Positions 35,907 to 44,627 of a stretch of DNA of 44,627 bases are shown one piece after another; position 1 is the first letter of the stretch, and every line of letters starts with the position of its first letter. The stretch comes from an uncultured Bacilli bacterium (GTDB lineage: Bacteria > Bacillota_I > Bacilli_A > RF39 > UBA660): positions 1-44,627 of the forward strand of contig CALVSS010000002.1 in assembly GCA_944359095.1 (NCBI GenBank). Direction: 5' to 3'. The position numbers were made by a program, and so were the translations under genes. Below the pieces are notes generated by a model that was not told where the DNA came from, made no database searches, and saw only the letters and a list, made by a program, of their open reading frames with translations.

Positions 35907-36708
35907 GAGTCACCTCTATTTGTTGACAAGTAACTTTAATGTTTCTTTCATCTAGACGCTTTTTAAATTCACTTCGTAAAAAGCGTTCTGCTGAATAATT
36001 ATTCAATGGTTTTGTTTCTACTACAATACGATATTTCATATTGTTTTTATCAAAATCATTTAATCCTAATATTTCAATGTCTTTAGTAGCATTTGGTACT
36101 TTTCCATTTAATTCTTGTCTTATTTCTTCTAAGGCTTTAGCTACTTTATCAGGATCTTCATCATATGAAATACCAATATCGACAACTGCTAGATAATTAT
36201 TAAGACTATAATTAATTATACTATCTAACTTATGGTTAGCAATGATTTTTACAGCACCTTTATAGTCTTTTATTCTTGTTGTTTTTAAGCCTAGAAAAAT
36301 AACTTCTCCCATAAAACCATCATATTCAATGGTATCTCCTACTTCAAATTGATTTTCTGTAATAATTGAGATACCAGCAATTAAATCTTTTGCTAAATCT
36401 TGGAATGCTAAACCAATAATTGCTGTTGTTATTCCTAATCCAGCTACTATGGATTTTACGTTTACTCCAAAATTTGCTAATATTCCTAGTACTACTATTA
36501 CAACTATTGAATATTTTATGATATTTAAAATAATAATTCTTATTGTATTTGCTCTTTGTTGATGATGCTTTCTAGTCATTGGAGTTTTATTAATGATGTT
36601 ATTTACAAGTTTTTTTAATAGTTTATATACGATAAACCCTATAGCTATATAGACTATAGGAAAAATTAAATGTTTAATTTCTATTGATAAATTATCAAAT
36701 ATTTGCAA
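35896..36708 (-). CDS. Small-conductance mechanosensitive channel (MscS family)
   Basis: Three TM helices, the pore-helix motif GLAFQDLAKDLIAG, then a beta-domain. Confidence 0.85.
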   Translation of the reverse strand: MQIFDNLSIEIKHLIFPIVYIAIGFIVYKLLKKLVNNIINKTPMTRKHHQQRANTIRIIILNIIKYSIVVIVVLGILANFGVNVKSIVAGLGITTAIIGLAFQDLAKDLIAGISIITENQFEVGDTIEYDGFMGEVIFLGLKTTRIKDYKGAVKIIANHKLDSIINYSLNNYLAVVDIGISYDEDPDKVAKALEEIRQELNGKVPNATKDIEILGLNDFDKNNMKYRIVVETKPLNNYSAERFLRSEFKKRLDERNIKVTCQQIEVTHGK

Positions 36709-36714
36709 TTAGGA

Positions 36715-37605
36715 TTACCTCCTTGTTTCTAAATTCATAATTTCTAATAAACGGTTTAAATCATTTCCATTTACAAAACTAATTTCTATTTTATTAGATT
36801 TTATTTTTACTTTGGTACCTAGTTTATCACATAATTCTTCTTCTAAATATTGATATTCGTTAGTTTTTGAAACATGTTTTTGAATTTTATGAGTTCTAGC
36901 AAATTGTTCAGGAGATTGAGTTAAAGTTTCTAATTGTCTTACACTCATTCCTTCATTTATAACTTTGTTTGCTAATTCTTGTTGTTGTTCTTTACTTTCT
37001 AATTTACTAAGTACTCTTGCGTGTCCCATTGTTAATTTATTCTCAGAAATTAAATTTTGAACAGTATCAGGTAATGTTTGTAATCCTATCATATTCGTAA
37101 TATAACTTCTACTTTTTCCTAGTTTTTTAGCTAGTTCTTCTTGGGTTATATTTAATGCTTCAATTAGTTTTTTATAGGCTCTTGATTCTTCCATTGGATT
37201 TAAATTTTCACGTTGTAAATTTTCAAGTAAGGCAATTTCCATCATTTCTTCATCTGAAAAATTTCTGATGATTGCTGGTATTTCTGTTAAGCCTGCCATT
37301 TGAGAAGCTTTTACACGACGTTCTCCAGCTATGATTTCATATCCTTTGATACTCTTCTTTATTATTATTGGTTGAAAAACACCATGTTCCTTTATAGAAG
37401 CTGCTAATTCTTGTAAAGCTTCTTCATTAAATACTTGTCTTGGTTGATATGGATTGCTTCTTAAATCCGAAATTTTTACTTTTACAATTTCTTCTTTAGG
37501 AGTTTCTGTTAATATTCTTTCTTCCATTTTATTATAGTCTATTGGTTCATTATAAAATAATTCTTCTAGACCTCTTCCTAATGCTCTACGTTTATTATTT
37601 TCCAT
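36715..37605 (-). CDS. spo0J: Chromosome partitioning protein ParB/Spo0J
   Basis: ALGRGLEEL, NPYQPR, IIAGERRVKAS (CTP-binding GERR box) and the HTH ELAKKLGKSRSYITN. ATG 37605 preferred over TTG 37614. Confidence 0.9.
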   Translation of the reverse strand: MENNKRRALGRGLEELFYNEPIDYNKMEERILTETPKEEIVKVKISDLRSNPYQPRQVFNEEALQELAASIKEHGVFQPIIIKKSIKGYEIIAGERRVKASQMAGLTEIPAIIRNFSDEEMMEIALLENLQRENLNPMEESRAYKKLIEALNITQEELAKKLGKSRSYITNMIGLQTLPDTVQNLISENKLTMGHARVLSKLESKEQQQELANKVINEGMSVRQLETLTQSPEQFARTHKIQKHVSKTNEYQYLEEELCDKLGTKVKIKSNKIEISFVNGNDLNRLLEIMNLETRR

Positions 37606-38380
37606 TTCTTTCAATCACTTCTTTCGCTAGATTTAAATAAGCTTCACTTCCACGACTTTTTGGATCATATGCTATAATTGGTTCTCCGTGTGATGGAGCT
37701 TCTGTCAACCGAACTAACCTTGGAATAATTGTGTTATAGACTTTTTCTTTAAAGAATTTTCTAATGTCTTCTACTACTTCAAATCCTAAATTTGTTCTAG
37801 AGTCTAACATTGTTAGTAATACTCCTTCAATATCTAATGTAGGATTTAAACTTTTTTGAGCTAACATAATTGTTTTTAATAATTGAGTAATTCCTTCTAG
37901 AGCGAAAAATTCACATTGTACGGGAATAATTACAGAATTAGAAGCTGTTAAAGCATTCGTTGTTATTACTCCTAAAGATGGTGGGCAATCAATTATAATG
38001 TAATCAAAGCTATCTTTAATATCAATTAAATGAATTTTTAATTGTTCTCCTTTTAAAAATCCTGTTTCTTGTTTACTTTTTTCTACTAATTCAATGTCTA
38101 ATCCTGCTAAATTAATAGTTGCTGGTAATACATATAAATTTTTATATTTTGTTTTAATCATTGCTTCTGAAATTGTACACTCACCAATTAAAACATCATA
38201 TACACTTTTTTCAATATCTCCCTTGTTTATTCCTACTCCTGTTGTTGTATTTCCTTGTGGGTCTAAATCGATTAATAAAACTTTTTTACCTAGTACTGCT
38301 AATGATGCAGAAAGATTGATACTAGTTGTTGTTTTTCCTACTCCACCTTTTTGATTTACTAAAGATATCACCTTTCCCAT
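37595..38380 (-). CDS. soj: Chromosome partitioning ATPase ParA/Soj
   Basis: Deviant Walker A NQKGGVGKTT. Start at ATG 38380, after an AGGTGA RBS. Confidence 0.95.
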   Translation of the reverse strand: MGKVISLVNQKGGVGKTTTSINLSASLAVLGKKVLLIDLDPQGNTTTGVGINKGDIEKSVYDVLIGECTISEAMIKTKYKNLYVLPATINLAGLDIELVEKSKQETGFLKGEQLKIHLIDIKDSFDYIIIDCPPSLGVITTNALTASNSVIIPVQCEFFALEGITQLLKTIMLAQKSLNPTLDIEGVLLTMLDSRTNLGFEVVEDIRKFFKEKVYNTIIPRLVRLTEAPSHGEPIIAYDPKSRGSEAYLNLAKEVIERNGK

Positions 38381-38446
38381 GTTTATCACCTGTTTCCATT
38401 TTTACTAATATATTGTATCAAATAAAAATACTTTTTTAAATGATTT

Positions 38447-38476
38447 TCGAAAAAAAAGTAGATTTTTGTCTACTTT
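38447..38476 (-). terminator. Rho-independent terminator after noc
   Basis: AAAGTAGA (38455-38462) pairs with TCTACTTT (38469-38476), 6-nt loop, then 8 T on the minus strand. Confidence 0.75.
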
Positions 38477-38477
38477 C

Positions 38478-39887
38478 TTATTCTGCTGTCTTATCTAATT
38501 TTATAATAATCTGGTAAGATTTAGAGAAATTCATTTCGTCTATTTCTGCTTTAACACCCTTATGATTTAATTCTTCTACTAAATTTCTAACTATATCAAT
38601 TGATTTTTGAACAGTAAGTGGTTCATTGTTATTAATATTGATTAGAGAAGCATTATTTAATGCTGCTGTTGAAGATGTATTATTTTGCTCTTTCTTTGTT
38701 GGATGAAGTTCATTTGATGATACCGTATTGGTATTAGCTGTTGCTACTACATTTGGTAAATCTACTGGTATTAAATCAGGGGTTTTAAAATAATCTTCTA
38801 TTTTTTCTTTCTGAGCTTTGGATGCATCTGTTTTTACTATTTCCTCGGCTGGTGTTATAAATTTAAAATTTGATTCATTATGTGTTTGTGGTTGACTAAT
38901 TGGATTTATATTTAACAAACTATCCAAATCAGCAGTTGGTCCTGCTTGAGGCGTATTGATATCTACAGCGTTAGCTTTTATATCTTTGATGTTTGGTAGA
39001 GTCTGACTACTCATAGGATTCGTTCCACCAATTGCTACTGCGTCATCATCATCATCGTCATCATCGTTAATTTCTCCATAATTTATAAATCGTGGTTGAG
39101 AATCATTGGATTCTGTATTTGTTGGAGGAACTATTCTAATTTCGCCATAGTTGGAATTATCTTCAGGTAACGCTGCGGTTGGTTTTAAAGGATTGTTATT
39201 TACAAAGGCAGTTGAACTGATCGATGAATTTGCTGGAGTAGCAACATTATTGTTATTCATATTTTCTTCCTCCTCTTTAGGATACATCTTTTTAATTTCT
39301 TCTTCTAACTGTCGTACTGTCATCTTTTCATTAATTACTCTTTTTAGCATTTCTTTTTGTTTCTTTTTATCAGGCATATTTAGTAATGTTCTAGCATGAC
39401 GCTCTGATATTTGCTCTTTTAATAATGCGTCTTGTACTTCATCAGAAAGAGATAGTAATCTTATTTTATTAGCAACAGCTGACTGACTTTTTCCCATCGT
39501 TTTAGCTAATTCTTCTTGGGTCATTTGATCTAGCTCTAATATTTTTTGATATGTTCTTGCCTCTTCAATAGGATTTAAATTACGTCTTTGTAAATTTTCC
39601 AATAGTGCTACTTTGGAACTTTCCTTGTCATCTAAGTTTCTAATTATTGCAGGTATTTTTGTTAGTCCTGCTAAAGCAGACGCTTTGTATCTTCTTTCTC
39701 CAGCAATAATTTCGTATTTTCCATTAACATTTCTAACAATAATTGGTTGAATAACACCATGTTCTTTAATTGAAACAGCAAGTTCTTTTAATGCTCTTTC
39801 GTCGAAAACCTCACGAGGTTGAAACCTATTAGGTATGATATCATCTAAATATAAATAAACAACTTCATCTTTGTTTTGTTCTTGCAT
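38478..39887 (-). CDS. noc: Noc-like ParB-family protein with a long internal low-complexity insertion
   Basis: PNRFQPR, IIAGERRYKAS, the HTH, and a C-terminal domain (IVRNLVEELNHKGVKAEIDEMNFSKSYQIIIKL) resembling the B. subtilis Noc C-terminus. Lies between rsmG and soj. Confidence 0.8.
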   Translation of the reverse strand: MQEQNKDEVVYLYLDDIIPNRFQPREVFDERALKELAVSIKEHGVIQPIIVRNVNGKYEIIAGERRYKASALAGLTKIPAIIRNLDDKESSKVALLENLQRRNLNPIEEARTYQKILELDQMTQEELAKTMGKSQSAVANKIRLLSLSDEVQDALLKEQISERHARTLLNMPDKKKQKEMLKRVINEKMTVRQLEEEIKKMYPKEEEENMNNNNVATPANSSISSTAFVNNNPLKPTAALPEDNSNYGEIRIVPPTNTESNDSQPRFINYGEINDDDDDDDDAVAIGGTNPMSSQTLPNIKDIKANAVDINTPQAGPTADLDSLLNINPISQPQTHNESNFKFITPAEEIVKTDASKAQKEKIEDYFKTPDLIPVDLPNVVATANTNTVSSNELHPTKKEQNNTSSTAALNNASLININNNEPLTVQKSIDIVRNLVEELNHKGVKAEIDEMNFSKSYQIIIKLDKTAE

Positions 39888-39931
39888 AGATATCCCTCTC
39901 TTTTTATTCTTTCTAGTTTTCCTATGGTATC

Positions 39932-39960
39932 ATTATAGCTTATTTTTTTTTAGCTTTCAA
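39932..39960 (-). promoter_or_regulatory. Sigma-A-type promoter for noc
   Basis: On the minus strand: TTGAAA, 17-bp spacer, TATAAT. Confidence 0.55.
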
Positions 39961-39970
39961 GATAAATACA

Positions 39971-40021
39971 AAGAAAAAAGACCAATTGTATTTTTATCAA
40001 TGTCAACATTTTAATACAATT
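39971..40021 (-). terminator. Possible terminator at the end of the full-length rsmG reading frame
   Basis: AATTGTATT (39984-39992) pairs with AATACAATT (40013-40021), a 9-bp AT-rich stem with a 20-nt loop. On the minus strand GGTC then TTTTTTCTTT follows. Overlaps the distal TAA at 40020-40022. Confidence 0.35.
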
Positions 40022-40670
40022 AATGTCTTTTATTACTTATTATAACTAAACTTCTATGACTTTCCTCTTTTGGAAGATAAAATTTTGTTATTTTTTCTAT
40101 TTTATATTTTTTATTGATTCTTTTTTGTACATCTTCATTTAATTCTTATTCTATGTTTCCTTTCATAGCTACCAAAACACCATTTTTATTTACTAGATGC
40201 ATTGTATATTTTAATAATTTTTCTATGTTTGCGACAGCTCTGGCTGTTACTATATCAAACTGTTCTTTATAGTCTTCTGCTCTTATATGAATAGCTTTTA
40301 TATTATCTAAATTTAAGTCTTTTATGATTTCATTTAAATAATTTACTCTTTTTTGTAAAGAATCAATTAAAGTAATATTTAAGTTTGGATAAAATATTTT
40401 TAAAACAATTCCTGGGAAGCCTGCTCCACTTCCTACATCACAAAGTGTATTTATTTTAGATAGGTCTATTTCTTTTACTATTGTTAGACTATCATAAAAA
40501 TGTTTTAAATAGACGTCTGGTTTGGAAGTTATTCTTGTTAAATTAATTTTTTGATTCCATTCTATTAGTAATTCATAGAATTTATTTAATTTATGTAATT
40601 GTTCTTTGGTTGGATTAATACCTAATTTTTTTATTTCAGTAATAAAATCTTCTTCTATCATATTACCCAT
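40020..40670 (-). pseudogene. rsmG: 16S rRNA (guanine527-N7)-methyltransferase RsmG/GidB, interrupted by an in-frame TAA at 40146-40148
   Basis: The 174-aa ORF (40146..40670) ends at ...VAMKGNIE*. The same frame continues ELNEDVQKRINKKYKIEKITKFYLPKEESHRSLVIISNKRH*, which matches the normal RsmG C-terminus. Confidence 0.75.
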
Positions 40671-42516
40671 TCTTTCTTAAATAGACCATTAAAATTGATA
40701 TATCAGCAGGATTTACTCCACTTATTCTAGAGGCTTGGCCTATTGTTGTTGGTCTGATTTCTGCTAATTTTTGACGTGCTTCACTAGCTAAATTAGGTAT
40801 TACTTCATAATCTATATCTTCTGGAATCTTTTTTTCTTCTAGAGCTAACATCTTTTCTGCTTCTTTATTGGCTTTTTTGATATAGCCTTCATATTTTACA
40901 TTAATTTCTACTTGCTCTTCCTCTTCTTTGGTATAATCTAGTTCTATAAAATGTTTGATATGATCAAATGTTATTTCTGGTCTTTTTAATAAATCATATA
41001 AAGATATACCATCTTTTAAAGGTGTTGAAGGAATTGATTCTAGATAAGAATTTATTCCTTTTTTTGGAGTAATTCTATTATTTTTTAACTTTTCAGTTAG
41101 TTCTTTTATATGATTCCTTTTTTCACAGAATGCTTGGTATCTTTGTTCATCGATTAGACCAATTTGATAACCATAATCTCTTAATCTTAAATCGGCATTG
41201 TCGTTTCTTAATAATAATCTATATTCAGCACGAGATGTTAATAATCTATATGGGTCTTTTACTCCTTTTGTTACTAAATCATCAATTAATACTCCAATAT
41301 AAGATTCATTTCTTTTTAAAATCAAAGGTTCTTTGCCTTCTAACTTTAATGAAGCATTTATTCCGGCAATTAGACCTTGGCCTGCGGCTTCTTCATAACC
41401 ACTTGTTCCATTAATTTGTCCAGCAGTATATAAATTTTCTATTATTTTAGTTTCTAGTGATCTTTTTAATTGCTTTGAATCGATAGCGTCATACTCTATC
41501 GCATATCCATATTTTAATATTTTGGCATGTTCAAGACCTGGTAAACTATGAACCATTAAATCTTGAATTTCATTTGGCATACTTGTAGAAAATCCTTGTA
41601 AATAAATATCATCATAGTATAAGCTCTCTGGCTCTAAAAATAATTGATGTCTTTCTTTATCACTAAATCTTACAACTTTATCTTCTATTGATGGGCAATA
41701 TCTAGGGCCTACTCCTTCTACATAGCCACCATACATACTAGATTCCTTTAAGTGCTCTTTAATTATTTCGTGAGTCTTTGGTGTTGTATAGATTAAATAA
41801 CATGAAATTTGATCTTCTGGTTTTCTATAAACTATATTATCAAAAGAAAACGTATGAGGTGTTTTATCTCCTTTTTCTTCTTGAGCTTTACTATAGTCTA
41901 TTGAGTTTTTATCTATTCTTTGTGGAGTACCTGTTTTTAATCTTTTAATGGTAAAGCCTAATTTTCTTAAATTATCACTTAAAAATTTAGATTCTTTTTC
42001 TCCATGAGGACCGCTAGGTTTCTTTTTAGATCCTGTTAATACCATAGCTTTTAAATAGGTTCCTGTTGTTAAAATTACTGCTGATGATAAAATTTTCTCT
42101 TCATTTTCTAGAATAATTCCTTCTATTTTATTATTATTTACTATTAAGTCTTCTACCATAGATTCTTTAATTTCTAGATTTTTAGTAGATTGCAATGTTT
42201 TTAACATTTCTTTTGGGTAAATAATTTTATCTGCTTGAAAACGTAATGCTTGTACAGCAGGGCCCTTTTTAGTATTTAGCATTTTTGTTTGTAGGGCTCC
42301 TTTATCAGCATTTCTTCCCATTTCTCCACCTAAGGCATCTATTTCTCTTACAACAATACCTTTGGCTGGTCCACCTATTGATGGATTACAAGGCATATCG
42401 GCAATATTTTTTATATTTGATGTTACTAATAATGTTTTATGTCCAAGTCGAGCTGATGCTAAGGCTGCTTCGCAACCTGCATGTCCTCCTCCTACTACAA
42501 TTATTTCATACTTCAT
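40663..42516 (-). CDS. mnmG: tRNA uridine 5-carboxymethylaminomethyl modification enzyme MnmG (GidA)
   Basis: MKYEIIVVGGGHAGCEA FAD-binding motif. Start at ATG 42516, after an AGGAG RBS. Confidence 0.95.
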   Translation of the reverse strand: MKYEIIVVGGGHAGCEAALASARLGHKTLLVTSNIKNIADMPCNPSIGGPAKGIVVREIDALGGEMGRNADKGALQTKMLNTKKGPAVQALRFQADKIIYPKEMLKTLQSTKNLEIKESMVEDLIVNNNKIEGIILENEEKILSSAVILTTGTYLKAMVLTGSKKKPSGPHGEKESKFLSDNLRKLGFTIKRLKTGTPQRIDKNSIDYSKAQEEKGDKTPHTFSFDNIVYRKPEDQISCYLIYTTPKTHEIIKEHLKESSMYGGYVEGVGPRYCPSIEDKVVRFSDKERHQLFLEPESLYYDDIYLQGFSTSMPNEIQDLMVHSLPGLEHAKILKYGYAIEYDAIDSKQLKRSLETKIIENLYTAGQINGTSGYEEAAGQGLIAGINASLKLEGKEPLILKRNESYIGVLIDDLVTKGVKDPYRLLTSRAEYRLLLRNDNADLRLRDYGYQIGLIDEQRYQAFCEKRNHIKELTEKLKNNRITPKKGINSYLESIPSTPLKDGISLYDLLKRPEITFDHIKHFIELDYTKEEEEQVEINVKYEGYIKKANKEAEKMLALEEKKIPEDIDYEVIPNLASEARQKLAEIRPTTIGQASRISGVNPADISILMVYLRKNG

Positions 42517-42526
42517 GTTCTCACTC

Positions 42527-43882
42527 CTATTTTCCAACGCAAAAGTTTGCAAATAAATGATCTAGTATTTCTTCACTATAGGTTTCACCTATAATTTCAC
42601 CTAAATAATCAAAAGTGTCTTTTAAATCTATTTCTATCATATCTATTGGTAGACTGTTGTGTAATCCTTCTTCTGCTTCTTTTAAACTTTGGTAAGCTTT
42701 TTTGGCTAATGAAATTTGGCGTGCATTAGTTAGATATGTATAGTCTTTTGATTTTATAGATTCTAATTGAAATAAATCAATTATTTTGTTCTTTAATTCT
42801 TTTATTCCTTCGACAGTATTTGTATTTGTTTCTACTACACTATCTAGGGAAGATTTAGATATATTTATTTTTTTCTCTAAGTCATTTTTATTTATTACAA
42901 TAATTCTCTCTTTATTCTTTGTCTTTTCTAGAATTTCTTTATCTTCTGAAGTTAACTCTTCATTATTATTTAATACTACAATTACTAAATCTGCTTCATC
43001 AATCATAGATAAACTTTTTTCTACTCCGATTTTTTCAACAATATCTTCTGTTTTTCTAATACCTGCAGTATCAATAATATTTAAAAGAATTCCTTCTAAG
43101 TAAACTTGTCCTTCTACAATATCTCTTGTTGTTCCTGCTATATCAGTAACAATAGCTTTATCTTGTTCTATTAATTTATTTAAAATACTACTTTTCCCTA
43201 CATTAGGTCTTCCAATAATTACTGTTTTTATTCCTTCTTTGATTAGTGTAGAGTTTTTGGATGATTTTATAATATCTTCTAATTCTTTTTTCATAGAAAT
43301 TAATTCTGTTTGAATTTTTTCTTTTGTTACTACTTCTATATCATGATATTCTGGATAATCAATATTTACTTCGATACTTGCTAATAATTGTTTTAAACTA
43401 TCTCTAAACTTTTTAATCATATTTGATGTTGAACCACTAAGTTGAGAAACAGCTAACTTATTTGCTTCTTCACTTTTACTATCTATGATATCCATTACTG
43501 CTTCACTTTTTACTAAGTCAATTCTACCATTTAAAAAGGCTCTTTTGGTAAATTCTCCTGGTTCCGCTAATCTTGCTCCATGCATTAATACTGTTTCTAG
43601 TATTCTTTTTGTAGAAATAATTCCTCCATGACAGTTAATTTCTACAACATCTTCTGTTGTGTATGTTTTAGGAGCTTTCATAATAGAAACAAGTACTTCA
43701 TCAATTACTTCTCCTTGATCTATGATATGTCCATAATTAATTGTATGACTTTCCACTTTGCTTAAATCTTTACCTTTAAAACAGCTATTAGCGATTGATA
43801 TTGCTTCTGGTCCACTTAATCTAATAATGGATATAGCCCCTACTCCTAAGGCTGTTGAAATTGCTGCTATAGTATCATTCAT
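42527..43882 (-). CDS. mnmE: tRNA modification GTPase MnmE (TrmE/ThdF)
   Basis: N-terminal DTIAAISTA, G-domain GRPNVGKSS and DTAG, and the C-terminal CVGK tetrapeptide. Confidence 0.95.
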   Translation of the reverse strand: MNDTIAAISTALGVGAISIIRLSGPEAISIANSCFKGKDLSKVESHTINYGHIIDQGEVIDEVLVSIMKAPKTYTTEDVVEINCHGGIISTKRILETVLMHGARLAEPGEFTKRAFLNGRIDLVKSEAVMDIIDSKSEEANKLAVSQLSGSTSNMIKKFRDSLKQLLASIEVNIDYPEYHDIEVVTKEKIQTELISMKKELEDIIKSSKNSTLIKEGIKTVIIGRPNVGKSSILNKLIEQDKAIVTDIAGTTRDIVEGQVYLEGILLNIIDTAGIRKTEDIVEKIGVEKSLSMIDEADLVIVVLNNNEELTSEDKEILEKTKNKERIIVINKNDLEKKINISKSSLDSVVETNTNTVEGIKELKNKIIDLFQLESIKSKDYTYLTNARQISLAKKAYQSLKEAEEGLHNSLPIDMIEIDLKDTFDYLGEIIGETYSEEILDHLFANFCVGK

Positions 43883-43940
43883 GATATATCACTTCCTTTT
43901 TTCTTCGTATATTATAGCACATTATTTACTTTTGTTTAAG

Positions 43941-43967
43941 AAAAATAAAAAGAAGATTACTCTTCTT
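43941..43967 (-). terminator. Probable terminator after jag
   Basis: AAGAAGA (43950-43956) pairs with TCTTCTT (43961-43967), 4-nt loop, then TTTTTATTTTT on the minus strand. Confidence 0.55.
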
Positions 43968-44574
43968 CCTTAGGCTTTACGACAACGTAACGATTAGGCT
44001 CTTCCCCTTCACTTTGTGTATATACTTTTTTGTTATTGGTTAGAGCATTGTGAATAATTCTTCTTTCATAGGAATTCATAGAATCCATTTTTACTTCTAT
44101 CTTTGTTGTTGCTACTTCTTTGGCAACTTTTTTAGCTAGTCTTACTAATGCTTTTTCATGTTGTTCCTTATAATCATTAACATCAATTAGGAATTTATAA
44201 TTTTCACCAATTTCTTTTTTTATATATTGACTTGTTATTATTGATAAAGCATGAAGATTTTTACCGTTTTTTCCTATTAATAAGGCATCATTATCAGAAT
44301 AAATTGTATAAGTTGGTATTCCTTCTTTTACCTTTACTTCAATATTTACGGTAAATCCTAAATCTTTTAATAATTTAGATAAGTAATTTTTAATTTCTTT
44401 TGCTACTTCTCTTTTTTCTATTACTTCAATTTCTACTTTTTTACTTTTAAATAAACCACCTTTTTGAACTTCAGTTTCTCTTATTATAAGATTTTCTTCC
44501 ATTTCTTCTAAGGCTATTTTGGCATTGTTTATTGCTTCTTCTTTTGTTTTTCCTGTATACTTATGCTTTTCCAT
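43957..44574 (-). CDS. jag: Jag/KhpB RNA-binding protein (Jag_N, KH and R3H domains)
   Basis: 205 aa with the KH segment LLIGKNGKNLHAL and R3H (MNSYERRIIHNAL). AAGGAG RBS. Position next to mnmE. Confidence 0.9.
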   Translation of the reverse strand: MEKHKYTGKTKEEAINNAKIALEEMEENLIIRETEVQKGGLFKSKKVEIEVIEKREVAKEIKNYLSKLLKDLGFTVNIEVKVKEGIPTYTIYSDNDALLIGKNGKNLHALSIITSQYIKKEIGENYKFLIDVNDYKEQHEKALVRLAKKVAKEVATTKIEVKMDSMNSYERRIIHNALTNNKKVYTQSEGEEPNRYVVVKPKEEE

Positions 44575-44627
44575 TTACTTCTTTGCTCCTTTTTACTTCT
44601 ATATTATGGGTTTTCTTTAGTAAATTT

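Noticed and set aside
39042-39065. GAT/GAC trinucleotide repeat, considered as a stand-alone contingency locus
   Set aside because: It has only 8 imperfect units, and any slippage would be in-frame. It is better treated as part of the low-complexity insertion in Noc than as a phase-variation switch.
44575-44627. Possible 3' end of an upstream minus-strand gene (a yidC/spoIIIJ-like position), with one frame open to a TAA at 44604-44606
   Set aside because: Only 8 codons are visible, which is too short to support any call. The region also contains the AAGGAG RBS for jag.
1-44627. Alternative genetic code (Mollicutes-type TGA=Trp, or TAA reassignment) as an explanation for the rsmG interruption and the very low GC content
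   Set aside because: Trp is encoded by TGG throughout. TGA terminates the PBP1A gene immediately before a promoter, and TAA terminates most genes at positions matching normal protein lengths. The standard bacterial code applies.

Overview
Visibly AT-rich Bacillota (Firmicutes) chromosome segment, standard genetic code (TGG is used for Trp; TAA, TAG and TGA all terminate genes). It lies next to the replication origin. Gene order from the right end is jag, mnmE, mnmG, rsmG, noc, soj, spo0J, then ychF, rpsF-ssb-rpsR, a DHH phosphoesterase, rplI, dnaB, then walJ-like, rlmH, ung, then argS, rpoE, prfA-prmC, spoIIR, mntP, fba, murA, rpmE, rpiB, mreB/mbl, and finally csp, hpf and secA (cut by the window edge). 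I call 51 CDS, 45 on the minus strand, which fits co-orientation with a fork leaving an origin just beyond the right edge. I saw no rRNA, tRNA, CRISPR array, transposase or phage genes. The one clearly accessory module is an agr-type peptide quorum-sensing cassette at 2030-4840. It has agrB plus a 40-aa AgrD-like propeptide gene that is missing from the ORF track, facing a convergent LytTR response regulator and HPK10-type kinase. Two perfect Spo0A boxes in 10-bp phase sit in the csp/agrB intergenic region just upstream. Other points worth a second look: rsmG is interrupted by an in-frame TAA; Noc carries a ~215-aa low-complexity insertion and lacks the N-terminal membrane helix; the gdpP position holds a DHH/DHHA1-only protein; an SGNH-fold protein and a LytM-domain protein (SpoIIQ-like) have substituted catalytic residues; an orphan 433-aa protein sits behind a perfect consensus promoter; an inverted DnaA-box pair lies upstream of rpiB. 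All family calls come from motif reading of the translations and from synteny. No database search was run.
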